Source: Terriglobia bacterium
GTDB taxonomy: Bacteria > Acidobacteriota > Terriglobia > Acidiferrales > UBA7541
Reading direction: 5' to 3'
Length of the DNA stretch: 64,000 bases
Assembly: GCA_963788335.1 (NCBI GenBank)
Contig: CAWBGM010000005.1
Span: 45,275 to 109,274, forward strand
The notes below the pieces were generated by a model that was given only the letters and a program-made list of their open reading frames with translations, was not told the origin of the DNA and made no database searches. Positions 44,398-52,253 of this stretch are shown here, piece by piece. Position 1 is the first letter of the stretch. The number at the start of each line of letters is the position of its first letter. The position numbers were made by a program, and so were the translations under genes.

Positions 44398-44868
44398 CTA
44401 CTTTCCGCCGTTGGCCCACTTGGCCATGGCCTGCCAGTCCGGATCGTCTTTGGTTTCAAACTGCCGACCGCCGCTGTGTTCTACGGTCAAGTCGCCGCCA
44501 GCCAGTGGCGAGAGCGGGCGAAGAAGCAATTTGCTGTTCATCGGGTCGTCGCCGTTGACGAGTTTTGAAACATTCTCGAAAATCTGACGGGATTGCTCCT
44601 CGGTCCACGTCTTGCTCCCGGTCGAAAGCGGCACCAGGTATTGAGGACCATTTCCCGACCCGTGGCACGAGTAGCACCGTGCATGGCCCGGCCGGTCCTT
44701 CAGAAAAATGGGCTCGATGCGCGCCTTGAAAACTTCATAATCAAGATTCGGCGCTGCTTTGGCCGGCGCTTGCCTTGCGGGCGCGCCGCTCGACAGGGCT
44801 GCGCTGAACACAATTCCCGCAAAAACAAAAAGAGCGGCAACTTGTCTGGCATAAAGTCTGGATATCAC
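44398..44868 (-). CDS. Small secreted CXXCH protein (c-type cytochrome-like, Planctomycete-cytochrome-C-like motif)
   Basis: 156-aa ORF with a signal ..FVFAGIVFSAALSSGA. The string IEPIFLKDRPGHARCYSCHG places CYSCH at 44662..44676. A later string is LLLRPLSPLAGGDLTVEHSGG. Confidence 0.6.
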   Translation of the reverse strand: MISRLYARQVAALFVFAGIVFSAALSSGAPARQAPAKAAPNLDYEVFKARIEPIFLKDRPGHARCYSCHGSGNGPQYLVPLSTGSKTWTEEQSRQIFENVSKLVNGDDPMNSKLLLRPLSPLAGGDLTVEHSGGRQFETKDDPDWQAMAKWANGGK

Positions 44869-44942
44869 GAATAGCCTCCGATGGCGTAGCTTTCAACTTC
44901 AGTTTGGTGAAAGGAACGAATTCCCGCATGCGACTTGCAATT

Positions 44943-45998
44943 TCAATGCACCGCTACCGCAGCCATCCGTCCCGCTTCTTCCCCGACCGGGATGCGCGTC
45001 GTGATCTTTAAGGTTGTTGTATCGACAACCGACACAGACCTGTCCGCAGCGTTTGAAATGTAGGCCATCTTGCCGTCGGGAGTAAACGTGATCCAGTTCG
45101 GCGAGCCGGAAATCGGATCGTGTCCCGGCGGCATGAGCGCAGGCGTATGGACACGTCCCACATACTTAAGATCGGGAAGTGAATAAATAAACGCAGCATT
45201 GTATGCCTTGCAGTTCACCCAGATACTTTTGCCGTCGGGAGAGATTGTCAAACCATGTCCCGACTGTGAGGTCCCAACAATGGGCTCGTCATCCGGAAGC
45301 GTAACTCTTGCAACTTCCTGGTGGGTCGCAAAATCCAGCACAGCGAATCCGCGCAGGCGCGCCACTTGCACATACACCCGGCGGGCTGAACCATCAGGAT
45401 TGGAATCGAGTTGGACGACCTGCGTTCCAGCCTCGAATTTATGATCCCAGGCAATCGTCTGTGACTGAAGATCGAACACCTCGATGAAACCCGCGCCCTC
45501 CGTCGTGGCGATTGCGAACTTGCTGTCAGGCGTCACAACCACGTCGTGCAGTTTCACCTTGCTGGGGATGCTTTTCACCAGTTGCAGCGTGGCCGCATCG
45601 ATGATGTCCAGCGCGCCGGGAGTTTCAGTGTTGCAGACCAATATCCATTTCCCGTCCCTGGTCACAGCAACATCGGCCGCATGACCGCTGACCGGCACTT
45701 CCTTGATCTTCTTTCCCGACTTCCGGTCCACCACCGTGAGAATCTTTTCGGTAAACTGCGTGATGTAAACACGCTTCCCGTCCGGAGAAATCGCGACTGA
45801 CTCGGGCACCTGAATGTCTTTGATCTCCTGCACGACTTTGTTCTTCCCCGTGTCAATGACAGACACCGTGGTTCCAGCCGTGTTCGCCACGTAAATGCGC
45901 GTCGAACCCGCCGCCAGGGGCATGGTGAGGAGTAAACAGGAAATCCCCAGATGTGTAGTCCTGGATATACATCGCTTGCTAAGAATATTTAATTTCAT
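44943..45998 (-). CDS. Secreted YVTN-family beta-propeller repeat protein
   Basis: Start moved to ATG 45998 (MKLNILSKRCISRTTHLGISCLLLTMPLAAG). It has repeated units such as YVANTAGTTVSVIDTGKNKVV, ISPDGKRVYIT, VTRDGKWILV, VTPDSKFAIAT and ISPDGKSIWV. Confidence 0.75.
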   Translation of the reverse strand: MKLNILSKRCISRTTHLGISCLLLTMPLAAGSTRIYVANTAGTTVSVIDTGKNKVVQEIKDIQVPESVAISPDGKRVYITQFTEKILTVVDRKSGKKIKEVPVSGHAADVAVTRDGKWILVCNTETPGALDIIDAATLQLVKSIPSKVKLHDVVVTPDSKFAIATTEGAGFIEVFDLQSQTIAWDHKFEAGTQVVQLDSNPDGSARRVYVQVARLRGFAVLDFATHQEVARVTLPDDEPIVGTSQSGHGLTISPDGKSIWVNCKAYNAAFIYSLPDLKYVGRVHTPALMPPGHDPISGSPNWITFTPDGKMAYISNAADRSVSVVDTTTLKITTRIPVGEEAGRMAAVAVH

Positions 45999-46613
45999 AT
46001 GGCTGGAATCGCTCCTTATCTGCCGGTGCGGAGATTGCAAACTCCGCAGTCTTACTGTCAAGTGAATAGACACGTTTCCATTCAGACGTCCAAATAAATT
46101 TTCCTTCAGAGTAAACTAAACCACCCGCCCATAACAATAGTTTACTCCACGTAGCCTCTCTGGAAGACGACAAATTACGCCTCCGGGCGGTAGTAAAGGG
46201 CGTAGAACACAGTGTCAGGGCGGTGCGCCTGATAAGCAAGGACCGTTCGGAACGGCCCGCACGCCGCCGGAAACCGGCCGTAGCGGCTATAGACGTATTC
46301 ACAATACGCGATCGTCGGTCGAAACTACGGGCTTGGGCTCAATCTCATCGCGAATCATGCGGATTCTCCCTTTACCGTATTCGGAACGCCGACCAATACC
46401 CCGCGCACAGGGGCGAGGCAAACCATGGGAAATTGTACCAAGACTCATCCAGGAGTTATCTTCTGTCGTATTTAAGTTTGCATCTTTGCCCCGGATGAAC
46501 TGGCTCCCTATCCGTACACCTGCATGTGGGCTTGCATTGAACGAAATAGTTGTGTTTTGATAACTGGGCATCGCGAGCCTTTGTTCTGACGCGGGCCCCC
46601 GGAGAGACAATTT

Positions 46614-46913
46614 ATGAGCGGTAAGATCGTCCAGGTCGTTGCTCGAGTGACAGCGAAATCGGAGAAGGCCTCCGAAGTCGCATCCATTTTGCGTGAACTT
46701 GTCGGGCCAACGCGGAAAGAAACCGGCTGTGTGAGTTACCGGCTGTTTCAAAACAACTCCGACCCAGCCGACTTTGTCTTCATCGAGGAATGGGCGAGCG
46801 ATGCCGCGATCGACGCTCATTTGGGAATGGCTCACCTGCACGCTGCCATCGGCAAGGCCATGCCGCATCTCACAAAGGCCCCGGATATTTGCCGCTTTTC
46901 CCTTCTGGAATAG
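46614..46913 (+). CDS. Antibiotic-biosynthesis-monooxygenase (ABM) domain protein
   Basis: 99-aa ORF after GGAGAG. The pattern VVARVTAKSEKASEV..L..LV.PTRKE.GCVSYRLFQN..DPADFVFIEEWASDAAIDAH is the classic ABM ferredoxin-like fold. The 210-aa minus-strand ORF covering it is an antisense shadow. Confidence 0.8.
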   Translation: MSGKIVQVVARVTAKSEKASEVASILRELVGPTRKETGCVSYRLFQNNSDPADFVFIEEWASDAAIDAHLGMAHLHAAIGKAMPHLTKAPDICRFSLLE

Positions 46914-46973
46914 AAAGTGTTGAACGATCATTTCGCAAATTCAAATTCACGACTCCGAAGGAGCGAACTTTTT

Positions 46974-48341
46974 ATGAGCGATCACAACGCGACTCCAACG
47001 GCCAAAGCGCAATCGAAAGAATCCCGAATTTTCCAGGGCATCATTGAAAACGAAGGACGCGCCTTCAGCAACTGGGGGCTGAGCCGCTCGACGAAACCCG
47101 CTGTTTACGTCGAGCCGGTGAGTTACGCCGATGTGCAGGCCGTCGTCCGCGACGCAAAATCTTTTCCCACTCCTGTGCATCCGGTCGGGGCGCTGCTATC
47201 GGTCACTTCAACGATCGTGAATGACGGCGGGACGTTGTTGTGCACGAGAAAGCTGGATGAGGTTCTGGGGCTGGAACAAGACGCCACGGGCCGACGGATT
47301 GTCCGCGTCCAGGCGGGATGCCGCCTGAAAAAACTCAATCTGTGGCTGCAATCGCATGACGTCGAGATCCCCTTTCAAGCGGAGATTGGAGAAGCAACCG
47401 TCGGCTCGGTTGCCGTGGGCGACACGAAAGAATCCTCGCTCGACGGCCCCGGTTATTTCTCGTCGCACGTTGTGGCAATAACATATGTGGACGCAGCGGG
47501 AGAATTGCGCACCCTCTCCGACCATCAGGACGGACCGGCCTTCTATGAGTTCAAATGTTCGTTCGGCCTTTCCGGTATTGTGGTGGAGTGCGCGCTCGAA
47601 GTGCGCCCGGCGACGCTGTGCAAGTCCGATACTTCGATCGTCGCGTTCGATACGCCGGAAAAGCTTGCCGCGGAGTTGCTCCGCTTGCGCGAGGAATGCG
47701 ATGCTCTCCTGGGCATCGTGTTCTTGCATCAACTCGCAAGCTTCTGCGATCAGCGCTACAGAGCAGGCCTGGGCTCCGTCACCCCCGACTCTTCGCAGCC
47801 CGCCTGCGAAGAGTTTCGCCTGGCCAAGCGGCTCGCGATCCAGCATGGATTCGATGGCGTCGCTGTCCCGCAGCCTCGGGGCATCGTTTACTCGCGCGCG
47901 GATTTCGTGAACGAATACTGGCGTCCCTCAGCCGGCGAGCGCCGCCTCGATTTCCAATACTACGAACACGATATCGCTCAGTTCACGCGCGTGTTCGCCG
48001 AATCCTACAAGTTCACGAAAGAGTTCGAGCAAAAAACCGGATTTGCGCCCAAGGGATGGGCGACCTATTTTGTGAATCGTCCGGAGAAAACAAAAAAACC
48101 TTTTGGCCTCTATTCAGGCGGGCCAGGAGTCTCGTTTTCGTTCGATCCGTTTCATTCCGACCCGACCGAGGCGAAATGGCATCAATTCTCAAAGGAATAT
48201 AACAAGCTCGCGATTCACACGCTTGGTGGAAACGCCTCGCCCATCCAAACGCAATGGCTGGGGCCTGGCGACGTGAGAATTCCCAGAGGACTGGCGCACC
48301 CGCGATTTACAACAAAATATTACGAACAACTACTTGGCTAG
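46974..48341 (+). CDS. FAD-binding (PCMH/FAD_binding_4-type) oxidoreductase-like protein
   Basis: Start at ATG 46974 after AAGGAG. The string VYVEPVSYADVQAVVRDAK....VHPVGA..S......DGGTLL.TRKLDEVLG......IVRVQAGCRLKKLNLWL follows the FAD_binding_4 topology. The usual GGGHS motif is degenerate here (VGALLS). Confidence 0.55.
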   Translation: MSDHNATPTAKAQSKESRIFQGIIENEGRAFSNWGLSRSTKPAVYVEPVSYADVQAVVRDAKSFPTPVHPVGALLSVTSTIVNDGGTLLCTRKLDEVLGLEQDATGRRIVRVQAGCRLKKLNLWLQSHDVEIPFQAEIGEATVGSVAVGDTKESSLDGPGYFSSHVVAITYVDAAGELRTLSDHQDGPAFYEFKCSFGLSGIVVECALEVRPATLCKSDTSIVAFDTPEKLAAELLRLREECDALLGIVFLHQLASFCDQRYRAGLGSVTPDSSQPACEEFRLAKRLAIQHGFDGVAVPQPRGIVYSRADFVNEYWRPSAGERRLDFQYYEHDIAQFTRVFAESYKFTKEFEQKTGFAPKGWATYFVNRPEKTKKPFGLYSGGPGVSFSFDPFHSDPTEAKWHQFSKEYNKLAIHTLGGNASPIQTQWLGPGDVRIPRGLAHPRFTTKYYEQLLG

Positions 48342-48346
48342 GTTTG

Positions 48347-48373
48347 CGGGCGGGGGCCCGTTTCGTTTTTGTT
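48347..48373 (+). terminator. Weak terminator candidate
   Basis: Reads cgggc-gggg-gcccg (5-bp GC stem) followed by tttcgtttttgtt, directly after the stop at 48341. Confidence 0.35.
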
Positions 48374-48637
48374 CACGTCGTAAATTCTCGTACAGCCTCA
48401 GGCATTCAACGTCCGACACTTCAGTGGCGCACCAATTCGTCCGATTTTCGATGGTCACGACTGCGGCTTCAATAGGCCGGTGTTTCGCCTGCGGACTTTG
48501 CGCCGCCATCCGCGCAAAACCCGCAGGCGAGACACCGGCGCTGACGGCGCTCTTATTTGATTGACTGGCGTCATCCGTCGGCAATACATTGCTCGCATCG
48601 CAAAATCGAAACGATTTCAATCCATCCAGGAGGAAGA

Positions 48638-49151
48638 ATGACACGTGCGATCCTGAAACTTTTTGCCGCTCTACTGATGTTTTCCGCCACCGCGCTGGCG
48701 CAAACGAACGACGCGGCCGTTATTATTCCCAACTCTGAGGTCCAGTCAACCACCGCTTCGATCCAGTCGAAGGATAAAGGCGCGACGTTGCGCACAGTGG
48801 ATGTTGGAAACGCAAATGTTGGCGTGGCGATCCGCCACCGGCCCAAGGGGACGCCGGACGGCCCGGTGATTCATCTTAAAGTGAGCGAAGTTTATTTCAT
48901 TACAGCTGGTTCAGCCACACTGCGCGACGGGCGGAACGATGGAAGATCAAAAACCGATGGCTGGTGGTGGTGACAATACCGGGCCGAGCGTCCGAGGGGC
49001 GGTGGCGAAACCGAACGATGTTCGTCCGGTCAAAGTGGGAGACGTGATTATTATTCCGAAAGGAATGCCGCACTGGTTCACCGAAATCACGGAGGATTTG
49101 ACATACACGGTCGTGCGAGTCGATCCGGAAAAATCGATGGCGTTGAAGTAA
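48638..49151 (+). pseudogene. Secreted cupin-domain protein interrupted by a 1-nt frameshift at ~48923 (pseudogene or sequencing indel)
   Basis: ATG 48638 follows AGGAGG, with the signal MTRAILKLFAALLMFSATALA. Frame A reads ..VYFITAGSATL, then shifts out of frame and terminates at 48973. Frame B continues ATGGTMEDQKP...VGDVIIIPKGMPHWF. The joined product aligns with the intact cupin at 10533 (YIVKGEATLVTGGTVMNIKP...GDVVVIPNGVPHSF). Confidence 0.75.
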
Positions 49152-49193
49152 GCGAACACGATCATGTGTGCAGATTCATCCTGCGAGGTTTAT

Positions 49194-49219
49194 GTAGCAC
49201 AGGCTTCAGCCTGTGCTAC
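49194..49219. repeat. Perfect single unit of the repeat family: gtagcacaggc-ttca-gcctgtgctac (REP-like hairpin / bidirectional terminator candidate)
   Basis: It has an 11-bp perfect stem and a 4-nt loop. It sits between the convergent stops at 49151 (+) and 49225 (-). Confidence 0.8.
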
Positions 49220-49224
49220 TCAAG

Positions 49225-50091
49225 CTACTGGCTCTCGTTCGGTCCCGCCCGCCCCATCACCGTGCGCATCTGCATCGGCCAAAGCGGCTGGCAAGGTGAT
49301 GGATCCCATTTCGAGCCGTCCTGCTCGCGCTTGAACTCGCTACTCTGGTAGAACTTTTCCGTCAGGAATGCCGGATCGTCCACAATCGATTTCAATATCA
49401 GATAATCCGTGCCGTTATAATTGATCATCCGAAAGCGTTCGTTCAGCACCGTATTCCCGCTGTACGGAATTCCGTTTTTCTCCAGATATCCAGGCTTCAT
49501 ATGCGTGGTAACCACATGAAGGTTGCCGCCCTTGCCCGGTTCCGGTCCTCCAAACGGATAACTGGTCGGTCGCCTTTGCGCGAGCTTCTCCCAGGTGGCG
49601 ACGGAATCTCCCTGCAACTGGGGTTGGCCGCCTTTCCACTTCGATCCATCAAAATGGAAGAGCCGCTTCTGCGTCCCCGCGTCGATCTCCACTTGCAGCG
49701 TATTGTCGTCCACCCAGGTGATGTGCAGGCGTTCCGGCAAACGCATGACATTGCCGGCGCCGTAGGCCCTGCACTCGTTCCCTTCCTTCTTGTCTTTCTC
49801 CGGATCCCAGGCTTTCGTAAGTTTCTTGCCCTCGGCATTCAGCGGGACATCCGTGTAATCTCCCTTGGCGGGCGTAACCATCCGCCACATCCAATCTTCA
49901 TCGACAATGGAGACCCAGTATCCCGTCACATCAATAAGAGCAGCGTCCTTCGGTGATAAAGAAGGCGCTCCCTTCGCAGCGCCCTGCTGTTGCGCGCGGG
50001 TCTGGCCGGGAACGCCTAGCAGGAAAAACAAAATACCGAAAGCGGCGCGAATTTTCCCAATTTGAATCATCGTTGCGAGTCTTCTCCGCAT
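49225..50091 (-). CDS. Secreted protein, distant member of unnamed family 'X'
   Basis: 288-aa ORF. Its ATG at 50091 directly abuts the upstream stop (TAAATG), and the signal is ..AAFGILFFLLGVPGQTRA. The architecture is IDVTGYW.., ..GNECRAYG.., LQGDSVATWE..NLHVVTTHMKPGYLEKNGIPYS....ERF......L.L.S.VDDPAFLTE. Confidence 0.65.
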   Translation of the reverse strand: MRRRLATMIQIGKIRAAFGILFFLLGVPGQTRAQQQGAAKGAPSLSPKDAALIDVTGYWVSIVDEDWMWRMVTPAKGDYTDVPLNAEGKKLTKAWDPEKDKKEGNECRAYGAGNVMRLPERLHITWVDDNTLQVEIDAGTQKRLFHFDGSKWKGGQPQLQGDSVATWEKLAQRRPTSYPFGGPEPGKGGNLHVVTTHMKPGYLEKNGIPYSGNTVLNERFRMINYNGTDYLILKSIVDDPAFLTEKFYQSSEFKREQDGSKWDPSPCQPLWPMQMRTVMGRAGPNESQ

Positions 50092-51114
50092 TTATTTTGT
50101 TGCCGGTTGCGGCGCGCCCTTCATGATGTCGTGATAAACAGCCTCGGTGAATTTGAGTCCGCTTTCGGCGCCGTAAACGCCGTCGTAATCCAATGTCGGC
50201 TTCGCCGCCTTCACCTGTTCGAACGTCATTCCGTTCCTCACCATCTTCTCAATCCGGCTGCGAACGATGGTCACCATGTCCCGATAGTTGACGACATCGG
50301 CGCGGTCGGAAAGATGTCCGTGTCCGGGAATCACATACGTGCCGCCCTCCTCGCCATATTCCGGCACGAGCAGCACGATCAGGTCGTTCAATGCGTCGAG
50401 ATAGCCATCGATGGTCCCGCCGTTCTCCCTGTCAATTACAGGAAAACTTGTCGTCGAAAACAGTTCGCCGGCGCTCAACACATCCGACCCGCGAAACAAA
50501 ACCACCGAGTCGCCTTCGGTATGCGCCCGCCCCATGTTGTACCAGATCACCGGCTCATTGTTGTAAAGCTTGAATCCTTCTTTCCCAAAAGTGATGGAGG
50601 AATTTTTTCCCGTCTGGTCCTCGGTCCGTCCCGAAACGCTCAGGCTGGTCACAATCGTGGTTCCGGTCAGCAGTTTCAAGCGGCTGCGATCCTTTTCTTC
50701 CTCGCGGGCAAACCCTCGAGTCGCGTTCGGTAACGCCCATCCCGCGCGGAAAAGTATCGTGTTCCCTCCGGTATGGTCCGCGTCGGAAGTCGTGTTTCCG
50801 AGAAACATAATCGGAAGCGTCGTCAGGTTCCGGATTGTCGTGACAACCTCGTCCGCAAACTGAGGCAATCCCGAATCGACAACGATGACATATTCCTTGC
50901 CCACCTCGACGGTAATATTGCAACCCGCGCCGGCCAGCATGTACACGTTGCCGCGCACGTGGAGCACATGGATATTCTTCGTGCCCGCCGTCTTCACTTC
51001 CTCCAGGCCGCGCTGCCCGGCCAACGCCACTCCCGCGGTGGCGATCACAATCGTGGCGGCCAGCGCCATTCGCAAAGCCAAACGAGACGCCCGGCTCAAC
51101 CAGCGAGGATTCAT
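50092..51114 (-). CDS. Secreted MBL-fold protein with degenerate metal motif (TSDADH in place of HxHxDH)
   Basis: 340-aa ORF. Its ATG overlaps the upstream stop (ATGA at 51111-51114), and the signal is ..LAATIVIATAGVALA. The MBL topology is VYMLAGAG.NITVEVGKEYVIVVDSG, FLGNTTSDADHTGGN, RAHTEGDS and IPGHGH. Confidence 0.7.
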   Translation of the reverse strand: MNPRWLSRASRLALRMALAATIVIATAGVALAGQRGLEEVKTAGTKNIHVLHVRGNVYMLAGAGCNITVEVGKEYVIVVDSGLPQFADEVVTTIRNLTTLPIMFLGNTTSDADHTGGNTILFRAGWALPNATRGFAREEEKDRSRLKLLTGTTIVTSLSVSGRTEDQTGKNSSITFGKEGFKLYNNEPVIWYNMGRAHTEGDSVVLFRGSDVLSAGELFSTTSFPVIDRENGGTIDGYLDALNDLIVLLVPEYGEEGGTYVIPGHGHLSDRADVVNYRDMVTIVRSRIEKMVRNGMTFEQVKAAKPTLDYDGVYGAESGLKFTEAVYHDIMKGAPQPATK

Positions 51115-52025
51115 CGTCCGTGCTCCGCGGCATAAGTCCCCAGTTTTTCCGGCGGGGGCAATGTCGCCAGTTTCTTCTGATACTCGGGATACATGGTCTC
51201 CGCTCCGCCGCGCGTCGCTTCAAACGGGATGCCTGTTCTTTCCGAAAACTCATGAATCCACGGATTCTCTCCCGGCAAATGGAATGCCACCCATCCTTTT
51301 GGATGATCGATCTCCACACTCGAAATGCAGAAATTCGGCGAGAGCTGACGCGCGATGTCGAGGGTCCAGTCCGTCGTCCAAACCACGGGCTCGGTCAAAT
51401 AAACCGGGTCGTCAATAATGCTGACCAGCGTCAACTCGTTCTCGTCGCGAAACAAATATTCGGTCATCGTCGCTTTTTCGCTGCGCGCCACACCATTGCG
51501 CCGAAAATAACCCTCTTTCAGATGAGTGGTCGTAATCTTCAACATATCGCCAACCCACTCGCCAGTTGAAAATCCCTGCCAGGTATGAGGCCACCATTCC
51601 GGCGGGTGCGGACGTCCATCCATGTAAATCGTCCGCTCGGGAAGCATGTACTCGATGATCGTGTGGTAGGCAAGAATTCCCTGCGTCAGCGGATCGACGT
51701 CGGTCCAGATGCGCATCTGCGATGGCCCGCGTGGCGCATACTCGGCCGGATGCGCGTGGCACAAATGCTCGACCATCACCCATTGTTCCGCATCCCACGT
51801 GTCGCCCCGCATCCGCGTCGCATCGTTGATGGGCAGGCTCAGGTAATTCGCGATGGCGATGTCCCCACGGATCGGCGAATCTTCCTGGCCCAGCTGAGCC
51901 CACTCGCCCGTCAAATCGACTTGAGCGTGTGCCGGGATGGCTGTAAGAGCTACGAAGAATCCGAGCGTGGCGAGCAGACAATCCACTCGACGGCCGAAAT
52001 ACTTTGGGCAATTCATAAAGCGCAT
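51111..52025 (-). CDS. Secreted protein, distant member of unnamed family 'X'
   Basis: 304-aa ORF with the signal ..LLATLGFFVALTAIPAHA. The strings VDLTGEW.., ..EHLCHAHPAEY.. and RTIYMDGRPHPPE...WQGFSTGEWVGDMLKITTTHLKEGYFRRNG...S....EY........L.L.SIIDDPVYLTEP give the same architecture as 49225 and 38576. Confidence 0.65.
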   Translation of the reverse strand: MRFMNCPKYFGRRVDCLLATLGFFVALTAIPAHAQVDLTGEWAQLGQEDSPIRGDIAIANYLSLPINDATRMRGDTWDAEQWVMVEHLCHAHPAEYAPRGPSQMRIWTDVDPLTQGILAYHTIIEYMLPERTIYMDGRPHPPEWWPHTWQGFSTGEWVGDMLKITTTHLKEGYFRRNGVARSEKATMTEYLFRDENELTLVSIIDDPVYLTEPVVWTTDWTLDIARQLSPNFCISSVEIDHPKGWVAFHLPGENPWIHEFSERTGIPFEATRGGAETMYPEYQKKLATLPPPEKLGTYAAEHGR

Positions 52026-52253
52026 TGTTTCACTTCCCTGAATTATCCGAGTGCTAACTATATTTCTATCTGAAATTTATTCCGTTCCCTCAAAATGATT
52101 CGAACGCCCCTTCTATCGCAGGGAAAACACACTGTCAAGGATCAACTCCAGTTGGGAGAAGCAGCTTTTGTAACACAGCCACTCCTGGATGTGTGCTTTT
52201 CGCCATCCGAGCGATTCTGAAATCCATACAGCCAAAAGTGGACATTCAAATGG

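Noticed and set aside
46175-46324. Open 49-codon minus-strand segment ending ..EYVYSRYGRFPAACGPFRTVLAYQAHRPDTVFYALYYRPEA-stop, which reads like a protein C-terminus
   Set aside because: It has no ATG, GTG or TTG start within the open segment, because a stop lies immediately upstream. It is too short, and I could not assign any family. It may be a gene remnant, but I cannot support that.
46299-46931. 210-aa minus-strand ORF spanning the ABM gene and the upstream gap
   Set aside because: The plus-strand 99-aa ORF has a textbook ABM pattern and an RBS. The minus-strand product has no features.
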